This document shows positions 40,027 through 48,782 of a stretch of DNA of 64,000 nt, in pieces. Both the position numbers and the translations under genes were made by a program. The DNA is from Nitrospinaceae bacterium (lineage in GTDB: Bacteria; Nitrospinota; Nitrospinia; Nitrospinales; Nitrospinaceae), in NCBI GenBank assembly GCA_965237905.1, contig OZ250172.1:96001-160000 (forward strand), given 5' to 3'. The first letter of the stretch is position 1. Every line of letters begins with the position of its first letter. The notes beneath the pieces are model-generated. The model searched no databases, had not been told where the DNA came from, and saw nothing but the letters and a program-made list of their open reading frames with translations.

Positions 40027-41169
40027 TTGACCCATCCTCTGGAATCACGACTTCAAAACGAGTTGAATCAAAGACAGGCGACGGGACTTCTCCGGACTCT
40101 GGAAGTTCTGGATGCCTGCACGACCAACCTGATCAGCAACGATTATTTCCAATTGCGTTCGCATCCCGAGGTCATTGAAGGCGCCAAAACCGCACTGGAA
40201 CGCTATGGCGCCAGCAGTAGTGCCTCTCCCCTGCTTTCGGGATTTTTGCCCTGCCATGAACACCTGATCGGGCAACTGAAGTCCTGGAAGCAAAAATCGG
40301 CAGGCCTTCTATTCAACACCGGGTTTATGGCCAATCAAGCCCTGCTGACGCATCTGCCCGGTCCCAGGGATTTGATACTTGCCGACCGCCTGATTCATCA
40401 CTCCATTGCCCAGACCCTTGGGAAAAATGACAACCGCTTCAAACGTTACCATCATCTGGATTTGGATCATCTGGAAGAATTGCTCGATCGGCATAGCAAA
40501 GAATATGAAACGATATTCGTGGTCACCGAAAGTGTATTCAGCATGGATGGAGATTACCCCGACCTCCCGCGACTAGCCGCCCTCAAGCAAAAATATCCCT
40601 TCATTTGGATATTGGATGAAGCTCACGGCACCGGAGTATTTGGCCCGACCGGTGGCGGACTGGCCGAAGAACAAGGCGTGCTCTCGGAGGTCGATATTCT
40701 CGTAGGCACTCTGGGAAAAGCGCTGGCGAGTATGGGAGCCTATGTGTTAACGAATTCAAAAACTATTATCGATTACCTGGTCAACTTTTCCGGAGAGTTG
40801 ATTTACTCCACCTATTTGGGCCCTCCCCAGGTGGGAGCGGCCGAGGCCGCGCTGAAAATCATTCAAAAATCACAGGCCACCGCCCGCAACATCCGTAACA
40901 CAGCTAATCGGTTTAGACAGCAATTGGAGAACCACGGCTGGCAAACACATACCTTTGACTCACAGATCGTTCCGGTGATTTTAGGTAATCCCAACGATGC
41001 GCTTGAATTGCGCAACAAATTACTGGAACATGGCATACTGGCAGGAGCGGTGCGGCCACCTACGGTTCCGCAAAATTCCTCTCGTCTGCGGTTTTCATTT
41101 CACGCGGGAGTGGGAGAGGAGACGGTGGACGAAATTATCACACTATTGAATTCATGGAAACAAAGATGA
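40027..41169 (+). CDS. bioF: 8-amino-7-oxononanoate synthase
   Basis: SNDY, ESVFSMDGD, DEAHG, GTLGKA, RPPTVP. Confidence 0.92.
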   Translation: MTHPLESRLQNELNQRQATGLLRTLEVLDACTTNLISNDYFQLRSHPEVIEGAKTALERYGASSSASPLLSGFLPCHEHLIGQLKSWKQKSAGLLFNTGFMANQALLTHLPGPRDLILADRLIHHSIAQTLGKNDNRFKRYHHLDLDHLEELLDRHSKEYETIFVVTESVFSMDGDYPDLPRLAALKQKYPFIWILDEAHGTGVFGPTGGGLAEEQGVLSEVDILVGTLGKALASMGAYVLTNSKTIIDYLVNFSGELIYSTYLGPPQVGAAEAALKIIQKSQATARNIRNTANRFRQQLENHGWQTHTFDSQIVPVILGNPNDALELRNKLLEHGILAGAVRPPTVPQNSSRLRFSFHAGVGEETVDEIITLLNSWKQR

Positions 41170-41876
41170 AGATAACCGCCATCTGTGGCTGGGCACTTCC
41201 CGAAGAGTGGTTCCGCCAGTTGGTGAGCAGTTATTTCCCAGAAGCCGAGGTCCGCGCCTGTTACCCGAAGAATCCTGAAAATAAAAAGGAAGCCATTGAG
41301 GTATTTGATTCCAAACCGGATTGGGTCATCGGCTATTCCCTGGGCAGTCTCTGGCTTCTGGTCCACAAAAATAATATTCCGCCTCAAACAAAGGTCGCTT
41401 TAATGGCTCCCATTCTGGCCTTTCCGGCAGAGAAAAACCTAGGCGGAAAGACACCTTTCGGAAAATTGAAATATCAGAAAAAAATGCTGAGTTCTTCCGA
41501 AGATTATTTAACCTCCCTCAAAGGATTTTTTGATTTGAGCGAAATTCGTCTGCCTGAAAACGATCTCCAACAACCCTACCGCAGGGAGATTTTGATTCGA
41601 GGCCTCGATTTTCTGGAAACCGTCAGCGTTTCTCCTCAAACAGCCAAGGATTGCGTCGCCATTGCGGGATTGCGGGATCCACTGCTTGACGGAAACCAAT
41701 TGAAAGAGCTCATCCCACATTTGACTTTGGTGGAAGAGTGCGGTCACTCTCCGCACAAACTGCTCTCTCATTTGGCACAGCACCACGATGGACCCGGTGA
41801 GCCCTCAGCTCAACCCACTGAACCTGTCGTTCCGCTTACCCCGTTTCCGAAAAGGCGGTCGACAGACCTCGCCTGA
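41166..41876 (+). CDS. Alpha/beta hydrolase, probable pimeloyl-ACP methyl ester esterase (BioH-like)
   Basis: GW oxyanion motif, GYSLG, D in RDPLL, H in CGHSP; lies between bioF and bioC. Confidence 0.7.
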   Translation: MKITAICGWALPEEWFRQLVSSYFPEAEVRACYPKNPENKKEAIEVFDSKPDWVIGYSLGSLWLLVHKNNIPPQTKVALMAPILAFPAEKNLGGKTPFGKLKYQKKMLSSSEDYLTSLKGFFDLSEIRLPENDLQQPYRREILIRGLDFLETVSVSPQTAKDCVAIAGLRDPLLDGNQLKELIPHLTLVEECGHSPHKLLSHLAQHHDGPGEPSAQPTEPVVPLTPFPKRRSTDLA

Positions 41877-41885
41877 TTTATAACC

Positions 41886-42665
41886 ATGGCCGAAAATTCA
41901 CAGAATCCCTCCGAACCGGAGTTCGAACAGAGAGTCATCGAAAGTTTTTCCAAACACGTCAAAAGCTACGACCGGCACGCACAGCTCCAGCGCTCCATGG
42001 CGGAACGTTTGGCGGCCCTGATTCCAAATCCTTTCCGCCAGAAAATTCTGGAAATCGGATGTGGAACCGGCGTTTTCACCCGGCATCTTCTGGCGCGCTC
42101 TCCTTCTACCCTTATCCTGAATGATATTGCCCCACTCATGATTGAGCATTTAAAAAATCATTTGGAGGTCCCATCCAACTCCAAATTTCTTGTGGGAAAC
42201 GCGGAACGCATTCAGATACCAAAAGTGAAACTCATCGCGGGAAACGCCGTGTTCCAGTGGTTTCAAAATCCCCAAAACACACTACAACGATTTCACTCTT
42301 CCCTCGAAAAGGAAGGATATCTGGCCTTCAGTACTTTTGGGCCTCAAACCCTCGAAGAATTTCGCAGGTCCGCCCAATTTCAGGGACCCACACAGCTTTT
42401 TTCTCAAAAACGATGGAAAACTCTTCTTACCCAGGCAGGATTTGAGTTGCTCACATTTCAAACCGAAACGCGTCAGATATTTTTTCAAAATACCCAGAGC
42501 TTGATTAAAAACCTGCAACAGATTGGAGCCGCCCCATTACGGATTCTAAAGCCTGGAGAATTGAGACAACTGATTCGGGATTACGACAGGGAGCACTCAT
42601 CGCCGCAGGGAGTTTATACGAATTGGGAATTGTTTTACTTTTTTGCACGCAGGGGGACGGGTTAA
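41886..42665 (+). CDS. bioC: Malonyl-ACP O-methyltransferase BioC
   Basis: FS...SYDRHAQLQ, LEIGCGTG, FQW, FSTFGPQTL. Confidence 0.88.
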   Translation: MAENSQNPSEPEFEQRVIESFSKHVKSYDRHAQLQRSMAERLAALIPNPFRQKILEIGCGTGVFTRHLLARSPSTLILNDIAPLMIEHLKNHLEVPSNSKFLVGNAERIQIPKVKLIAGNAVFQWFQNPQNTLQRFHSSLEKEGYLAFSTFGPQTLEEFRRSAQFQGPTQLFSQKRWKTLLTQAGFELLTFQTETRQIFFQNTQSLIKNLQQIGAAPLRILKPGELRQLIRDYDREHSSPQGVYTNWELFYFFARRGTG

Positions 42666-42680
42666 ATCTCAGTTGCTCCA

Positions 42681-43661
42681 CTATTTCTTAAACGCCACCA
42701 GCATTCCCGTTCCTTCTCCGAGTGAAATTCTACGGAATTTATGAAACCCGGCCTGACTCAAGAGTTTCTCGGTTTCATCGTAGGAATAGGTTTTCCCCGT
42801 TGCTGTAAATAGGAGCATGGTCACCCCGAATAAAGCGGCTTCATAAGGTTGGGTGGCATCGCGGGTATGAAAAAAATCCACCAGAACCAAACGTCCTCCT
42901 TTGATCAACGCATTTTTCATTTTAAGGAAGAGTTGTTTATTTTCCTCGGGATTATAGATGTGCAGAATATTCGAATAAAAAACCGTGTCGTAGGCGTCGC
43001 CAAAAGGTGTATTGAATAAATCACCGGGCTTTAATTCCATACGGGACCAAAAAGAAGATGTGCCATGCAGTTCCCGAGCCACCTTTAAGGCTGACGAGCG
43101 ATCCAGCAAAGTTGCTTGGGCTTTCTTGTCTTTTCTAAGGACTGCGGCGCTGTAGGTGCCGGGACCGCTCCCCAGGTCCAGAAACCGGCCTGCCGGTTGG
43201 CGCGTGATGATTTCAGCAATCTTGGCGGCAAACGGTCCGCTCCGCTCGTGCATGGCATGGGTAAAGCAATCGCGAAATTCCGGGTCGTCGTCCCCTTCAA
43301 ATTCCGAGAGATCGCGGCCATTGCGGATGGTATCGATCAGGCGCGCCCATTCATCATTCTTCTCCAATTTTAGAAAAGCCGTCCCTTTCAAATAATCGGG
43401 ACTTGAGTCACACAAATATTTATACATGTGCGGGGCACTGGAATACTTTCCCTTGTCGAACCGGAGAGCTTTCATCGCCGCCAGCGCATTGAGTAGAGGC
43501 TCCATACCATCCAATTTCGTTTTGGACTGTTGAACCACCTGAAGGGCCGTCATGCTCTTTTGACGCAAAATAGAAAAAATCTTAAATTCAAGAGCCGCCA
43601 TTAAAATCCGCGCCTCTTCCAGTTGGTCAATGGTTTCCGTGAACTGTTTTAAAGTCAACAT
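42681..43661 (-). CDS. SAM-dependent O-methyltransferase with dimerization domain
   Basis: LDLGSGPG, GDLF, SNILH. Confidence 0.85.
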   Translation of the reverse strand: MLTLKQFTETIDQLEEARILMAALEFKIFSILRQKSMTALQVVQQSKTKLDGMEPLLNALAAMKALRFDKGKYSSAPHMYKYLCDSSPDYLKGTAFLKLEKNDEWARLIDTIRNGRDLSEFEGDDDPEFRDCFTHAMHERSGPFAAKIAEIITRQPAGRFLDLGSGPGTYSAAVLRKDKKAQATLLDRSSALKVARELHGTSSFWSRMELKPGDLFNTPFGDAYDTVFYSNILHIYNPEENKQLFLKMKNALIKGGRLVLVDFFHTRDATQPYEAALFGVTMLLFTATGKTYSYDETEKLLSQAGFHKFRRISLGEGTGMLVAFKK

Positions 43662-43672
43662 GGCAAAGAGAC

Positions 43673-44329
43673 CTATTCGTTGAGGAGGGGTTCTATAAGT
43701 TTTTCCAATTCCAAACCGGAACCGAACAATTTGTGCCGGATAATACCTTTTTTATCGATGATGATTGTGGAAGGCGTGCCCCGCAAACCATATTGATCGA
43801 ATGTCAGCGCATCATATTCTTTTCCCCCCAGATACTCTCGAATCTGCTTTTCAATCTGAGTGCGGTGATGTTCCGGCAAGGTTTCAAAATCAGGAAAATC
43901 CCTCTCGATCCATTGTTGCACTTCAGCCTCCTTCACGCCCTCTTCCCGTTTCACTACCTGGTCCCAGGCAACGGGAAACGGCATGAAATACTGGAGGCGC
44001 CCCATGCTCAACATGTCCCGTTCGGAAAGCATGACCATGGTTTCTCCCACCACCTCACCGGTATCAATCAGCTTTTTTAAATGATCCAGAGTGTTCAGAT
44101 GATAATCTTCAAACGCGGTGGCCAATCCCCACACCGTCAACGGTTTTTCTTTGAACGTCATGTAGGTTTGAATCACTTCCGGCAGGCCGCCGATAAAACA
44201 ACCGGGGCAATTGACCTGGAACACTTCGATCAGAATCACCTTTCCGCGTTGTTGATCGATATTGGAAGGAGTTCCCTGCACCCACTCCGCCACCTGAAGA
44301 TTGGGAGCCGGCTCGTCAACTGCGGGCAT
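43673..44329 (-). CDS. TlpA-like redoxin
   Basis: FQVNCPGC, TAFE, GTPSTIIIDKKG. Confidence 0.82.
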   Translation of the reverse strand: MPAVDEPAPNLQVAEWVQGTPSNIDQQRGKVILIEVFQVNCPGCFIGGLPEVIQTYMTFKEKPLTVWGLATAFEDYHLNTLDHLKKLIDTGEVVGETMVMLSERDMLSMGRLQYFMPFPVAWDQVVKREEGVKEAEVQQWIERDFPDFETLPEHHRTQIEKQIREYLGGKEYDALTFDQYGLRGTPSTIIIDKKGIIRHKLFGSGLELEKLIEPLLNE

Positions 44330-45167
44330 CCGCCACCCCTTCCTTCGCCAGTTTCAGCAGGCGATTGATGATTTTAAGAAGCTCCGGATTGGGCCGGTGC
44401 TGGAGCGCCGATTCAAGAATAGGAATCGCTTTACCGGATCGGCCCTGAAGATTATAAATCAACCCAGTCATGGTGTGGGACACCAGCCATTTGTCACCCT
44501 TGGGATGATTCTGAATGATATCGTTCAGATCCACGAGAGCCTGATCGTATTTTTTAAGCTTGTAATAATTGGAAGCCAGGCCGAACAAGATATTGTCTTT
44601 TAATGAGGGAGAGTATTCTTTCTGTAGAATTCTTTTGAAAGCGACGATGCTTCTCAAATACTGACCGTTACGGAACAAGAGAATGGCCAAACGGTAATCA
44701 TCCGGCTGGGCTTTCGGCGGGATCTTATGCGCCTCCCGTTCTTTCCGGATTCCCTTCAACTCGATATCCATTTCTTTGACTGAACCTTCCAGTTCCTGCA
44801 GGGCCTGTATCAATTTTTTGACCCTTTCCTCCTCAGCCTCTTGCTGAGCCAGCCGCGCTTCCAATTGCTGGAGTCCAGGTTCTTTCCCTCTGAGAAGATT
44901 TTCAAGTATAATCTCGTTTCCCAGAATATCGGCGTATCCCATAAACAAACGCTCCATATCGGCCGCGACCACGTCCAGGCGCTTTTGACGCTGACGGCGC
45001 GCCTCCAGCTCTTCTTCACTGGGAGGAAGCCAGATATGCCGCTCCTCCGGATGCATGGATTGAAATTTTTGAGCCTTCGTCTGTTTGGGAGGTTCTTCAG
45101 GCGCGTGGGCACACCCCAGCCCTATCAGCAGAAAAAGAAGCCAAAGTTTTTTAAGAGTTTGGGTCAT
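44316..45167 (-). CDS. TPR lipoprotein with coiled coil (CpoB/YbgF-like)
   Basis: Lipobox LGC, coiled coil, C-terminal TPRs (HPKGDK); start uncertain (45167 or 45200). Confidence 0.7.
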   Translation of the reverse strand: MTQTLKKLWLLFLLIGLGCAHAPEEPPKQTKAQKFQSMHPEERHIWLPPSEEELEARRQRQKRLDVVAADMERLFMGYADILGNEIILENLLRGKEPGLQQLEARLAQQEAEEERVKKLIQALQELEGSVKEMDIELKGIRKEREAHKIPPKAQPDDYRLAILLFRNGQYLRSIVAFKRILQKEYSPSLKDNILFGLASNYYKLKKYDQALVDLNDIIQNHPKGDKWLVSHTMTGLIYNLQGRSGKAIPILESALQHRPNPELLKIINRLLKLAKEGVADARS

Positions 45168-45235
45168 AAAAATAATATAATGAAAAAGTTGTCCTATCAT
45201 AAATTAAAAACTTAAATATTTCAATTGTTTAGACT

Positions 45236-46105
45236 ATGAAAAGCTATTACGACACTCTTGGTATCTCTAAAAATGCCTCGGAAGACGATATCAAGAAAGC
45301 CTTCAAGAAAAAGGCTCTGGAATATCACCCGGACCACAATAAAAACGATCCCAAGGCTGAGGAGAAATTCAAGAAGGTCAGCGAAGCCTATGCAGTGCTG
45401 AAAGATAAGGACAAGCGGAAGCAGTACGACCGGGTTGGGGCCGAAGGATTTAAAAAGCAGTACAGTCAGGAAGATATTTTCAGGGGGTTTGACGTCAACG
45501 AAATATTCAGTAACTTCGGTTTTGGCGGGGGCCGTCCCCCCTCAGGTTTTGAAGAGTTTTTCGGCGGCGGCCGGTCAAGAAGACCCCGCAAAGGCCAGGA
45601 TATGATGAGTGACATCACCGTCACGTTTGAAGAAGCGGCACGCGGAACCGAGAAAAAATTTACCATTGATCGCGGCGGCAGGAATGAAGACACCAACGTC
45701 AAGGTGCCGCCGGGGATCAGTGAAGGCAAAAAACTGCGCCTCGCCGGTAAAGGCTTTCCCGGAGCCCAGGGCGGCCCGCCGGGCAATCTTTATTTCAAGG
45801 TGCATATCCTCCCGCACCCGATCTTTAAACGGGAGGGCAACGACATTGTGGTGGAACACACAGTGAGCCTGACCGACGCCCTGCTCGGCACCACTATCCA
45901 GGTGCCCACTTTGGAGGGAGAAAAACAGGTTAAAGTTCCCGCCGGCACCCAGCCACTCACCAAACTGCGTTTGCGCGGACTGGGAATACATAAACGAGGC
46001 GGAGACCGGGGCGATCAATTTGTTAAAATTGTCGTGAACCTCCCCAAAACCCTGACGCCGGAGCAGAGTCAATTAATCGAATCTCTTAAAGAACAGGGTC
46101 TATAA
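45236..46105 (+). CDS. DnaJ-class chaperone lacking the zinc finger (CbpA-like)
   Basis: J-domain HPD, G/F region, C-terminal domain; no CxxCxGxG. Confidence 0.9.
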   Translation: MKSYYDTLGISKNASEDDIKKAFKKKALEYHPDHNKNDPKAEEKFKKVSEAYAVLKDKDKRKQYDRVGAEGFKKQYSQEDIFRGFDVNEIFSNFGFGGGRPPSGFEEFFGGGRSRRPRKGQDMMSDITVTFEEAARGTEKKFTIDRGGRNEDTNVKVPPGISEGKKLRLAGKGFPGAQGGPPGNLYFKVHILPHPIFKREGNDIVVEHTVSLTDALLGTTIQVPTLEGEKQVKVPAGTQPLTKLRLRGLGIHKRGGDRGDQFVKIVVNLPKTLTPEQSQLIESLKEQGL

Positions 46106-46219
46106 GTTTAATTTTAAATAGAAATTAGATAACTTATCATCCGCGAAATACTTAAATCTTTCACCGGTTCATTCGCATCTATAAATGAGACCTTGGCTTA
46201 ACGCCAATCTATAAATAAT

Positions 46220-46341
46220 CCTCCCCTTGCTGAGGGGAGGATACAGGTGGGGTGGGGTTTTTTCGAGATAATGAAAACCTTAAGATTCAAGGAATGGGGT
46301 ACCACAACCTCCCCTGTATCCCCTCCTTCGTAAGGAGGGGA
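46220..46341. repeat. Inverted pair of REP-like palindromes
   Basis: CCTCCCCTTGCTGAGGGGAGGATACAGGTGGGGT (46220-46253) and its inverted relative ACCTCCCCTGTATCCCCTCCTTCGTAAGGAGGGGA (46307-46341). Confidence 0.7.
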
Positions 46342-46452
46342 AATAACACCCCATCGTTCAACGGGTCACTTATAAAAGGTTTCCTCGGTAAGGAGAGGAA
46401 TAATTAATTAACAGCGTTATGCAGAGCTCTCTTTCATCTACAGGAAATTCTC

Positions 46453-46749
46453 ATGGCTAAAATCACATTTCAACCCGATCACCTGACCCACGAATGCGAG
46501 GATGGCATGATGTTGATCGATGTCTGCGAGGAAGTGGATACCGCCCTGTCCTTCGGTTGCACCGAGGGCACCTGCGGCGTGTGCGAGTTGACGGTGTTGA
46601 AAGGCCGGGAGAATCTGAATAAATTTACCGAAGAAGAAAAAGAATACCTCTACGAAGAAGACCTCGAAAACGGCATGCGCCTGGGTTGCCAGCTCAAAAT
46701 CAGGAAGAGCGAAGTCACCATCACCTGGAAGGGTAACCGGGCAAAATAG
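46453..46749 (+). CDS. [2Fe-2S] ferredoxin
   Basis: FGCTEGTCGVC...RLGCQ. Confidence 0.92.
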   Translation: MAKITFQPDHLTHECEDGMMLIDVCEEVDTALSFGCTEGTCGVCELTVLKGRENLNKFTEEEKEYLYEEDLENGMRLGCQLKIRKSEVTITWKGNRAK

Positions 46750-46760
46750 CCTGATTTTCC

Positions 46761-47783
46761 TTATGGTGTCAAGGAGAGACTTGACCCCTTTTCACTTGCC
46801 CCCCACCTTCATTTTTTGCAGGCCTCCGTCCAGCAGGCGATTACCCGGTTAAGAGCGAAATCGATGGGCTGGCCACGATTCACAGAGCTATGAACACCGT
46901 GCCATTTGGAAGTGTCCCGTGGCAATGCACCTTGACGGTATCAGTGGTCTTTGGACTGGAGTTGTTTGAGTTGTGCAGAAACCGCTAGCAGGCGTTTATC
47001 TCCAGGCCGCAATTTCAAACCTGCTTTCACGTCCAGTAATCCCTTGTCCGGTTGGTTCATTTGTCCATAAGCTATGGCTCGCCAGAAATAACCCTCGGCT
47101 GTGGGGTTAATGTCGATCGAAGCGCTTAATGCGGCCACGGCTTCCTTGCTTTTTCCCAGGCTACCAAGCGCAATCCCCTTGTGGTGCAGGGGGTACCACA
47201 ACCAGACCTTGCCACGCTTGTTGAATTTTATGGCCTTGTCAAAGTTAGCTACGGCCTCCTGCGGCCGGTTGCTGCGGTACAGGGCAATGCCTTTTTTAAC
47301 ATAAGCGGTCTGAGTAGAGGGGTCGAGCTTGAGGGCAGCGTCGAACTCCCGGATAGCCTCATTGTACTTTTGCTGCTTGAGGAATCTTTCACCGGCTTTT
47401 TCATGATGATAGCGCTTATTGCCCTCCATCTTCTTGTTGAACTCGCGGTTACTTCTCTCTATTTCCTCAACGGTAGGCATTTTGAAGCGAATCTGTGAGG
47501 AATTCTTTTCGGAGGCGCACCCTGTCCAAGAGGCCATGATCATGATCAAAACAACGTACATCACTGTCGTATGGCAGAAACGGAATGTTGGAGGCGAACA
47601 TAACATGGCTTTTCCCCTGAAGTGATAATAGGATCCCAGTCGGAAAATCGATTGGTATCCTACCACAGGAAATTAAGTGGCTACAAGAATGAATATCGCC
47701 AGGATCGTGTGCTTTTGCGCGAACACAACCCCTCCGTAAAGGAAAAGGAAGAAAAAAGGTCAAGCCCTTTCTTGACACCATAA
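46761..47783. mobile_element. Candidate non-autonomous cassette bounded by 33-bp inverted repeats
   Basis: TTATGGTGTCAAG-N6-CTTGACCnnTTTTC at 46761-46793 and inverted at 47751-47783; TTTCC directly outside both ends. Confidence 0.55.
46941..47606 (-). CDS. TPR-repeat protein, probable lipoprotein
   Basis: Hydrophobic stretch ending WTGC; about four TPRs; AGGGG RBS before ATG 47606. Confidence 0.8.
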   Translation of the reverse strand: MLCSPPTFRFCHTTVMYVVLIMIMASWTGCASEKNSSQIRFKMPTVEEIERSNREFNKKMEGNKRYHHEKAGERFLKQQKYNEAIREFDAALKLDPSTQTAYVKKGIALYRSNRPQEAVANFDKAIKFNKRGKVWLWYPLHHKGIALGSLGKSKEAVAALSASIDINPTAEGYFWRAIAYGQMNQPDKGLLDVKAGLKLRPGDKRLLAVSAQLKQLQSKDH

Positions 47784-47796
47784 TTTCCATCCTCTC

Positions 47797-47931
47797 TCAC
47801 TTCCATTTCCAGTCTTTGTTGACTGAGCTGGCGGGGTTCCACAGCACTTCCTCCTCGTCCATGGTGCAACTGACCCAACGGCTGAAAATGAAAAAGCAAT
47901 CGGAGAGCCGGTTGATGAAGGCGATGGCATG
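47797..47931 (-). pseudogene. Displaced 3' fragment of the cobalamin adenosyltransferase gene
   Basis: Translates HAIAFINRLSDCFFIFSRWVSCTMDEEEVLWNPASSVNKDWKWK*, matching the C-terminus of 48775-49422. Confidence 0.92.
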
Positions 47932-48002
47932 GCCTCGGCTGTCAGCTCAAAATCAGAAAGGGCGAAGTGACGATTGCCTGGAAGGGTAATAGGGCGAAAT
48001 AA
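47926..48002 (+). pseudogene. Duplicated 3' fragment of the ferredoxin gene
   Basis: Translates LGCQLKIRKGEVTIAWKGNRAK* versus LGCQLKIRKSEVTITWKGNRAK* of 46453-46749. Confidence 0.92.
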
Positions 48003-48026
48003 ATGGTAAACGGTGATTTTAGTCCA

Positions 48027-48782
48027 TTATTTAGTAGGCTGGTTATTTTTTATTGTTTCCCATGCACTTAATCTTATTTGGGCATACCTTCTTACACCTT
48101 GGCTTTCATCATTATTCTTGGCAATATCCTCCACGACAGGAATTATTGCATCTAGGTATTGCTCTTGATCGGGAGCAACAATTACAAATTCTCTTCTCAC
48201 TGACCCATGGGGATCCTTGCCAAGGGAAATGAAAGCATCCAGCATTTGCTTGATTTCTTCTTTATTCTCAAGGATGATTAAGATTCTCACCAAAGGCTGA
48301 ACACTATACATTCTATCAACATAGGATTCCGAAATGGTCATTTGCAGGACAAACTCTTTACCTAGCGGGTCCCCAAAGAATCCTGCCAAATCTTGAGTAA
48401 TCCCTAATTTAACTGTGTTGCTATTTTCAGATTTAAACAACTCTCTTAAAGCCGAATGACCTGAAGAATCCCCCATCATTTTAAGTGCCACGGCGACTCT
48501 TTGTATTAGTAATGGATCCTCTCCGGAATTTAATAATTTTTTTAAAACCTCTTTACTTTCGGTGGCTTTTCGCACACCAAGAATAGTCACCGCTCTCCAT
48601 CTAACCTCAAGATCATTCGACGATTGAACAATCTCCAGCAAGCTCTCATTATCTGTCTTTAAATCTCTCTTATAGAGATAATCAGCCCAGTAATCGCTTG
48701 GATCATCTCCTGTTTGTGTCCATCCAGAGCAAAAAAATATTAGAACCACAAATACGATTAATTTAATAATTTGATTATTCAT
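48027..48782 (-). CDS. Exported HEAT-repeat protein (AT-rich gene)
   Basis: Start reassigned to ATG 48782 overlapping the upstream stop; signal-like N-terminus; VRWRAVTILG, DPHGSVR, VRRYA repeats. Confidence 0.75.
   Translation of the reverse strand: MNNQIIKLIVFVVLIFFCSGWTQTGDDPSDYWADYLYKRDLKTDNESLLEIVQSSNDLEVRWRAVTILGVRKATESKEVLKKLLNSGEDPLLIQRVAVALKMMGDSSGHSALRELFKSENSNTVKLGITQDLAGFFGDPLGKEFVLQMTISESYVDRMYSVQPLVRILIILENKEEIKQMLDAFISLGKDPHGSVRREFVIVAPDQEQYLDAIIPVVEDIAKNNDESQGVRRYAQIRLSAWETIKNNQPTK

Noticed and set aside
46809..46940. Open frame continuing after the TPR gene TGA (YRQGALPRD...ACKK*), possible readthrough or gene remnant
   Set aside because: Only 43 codons, no recognisable motif or SECIS; cannot be supported from sequence alone.
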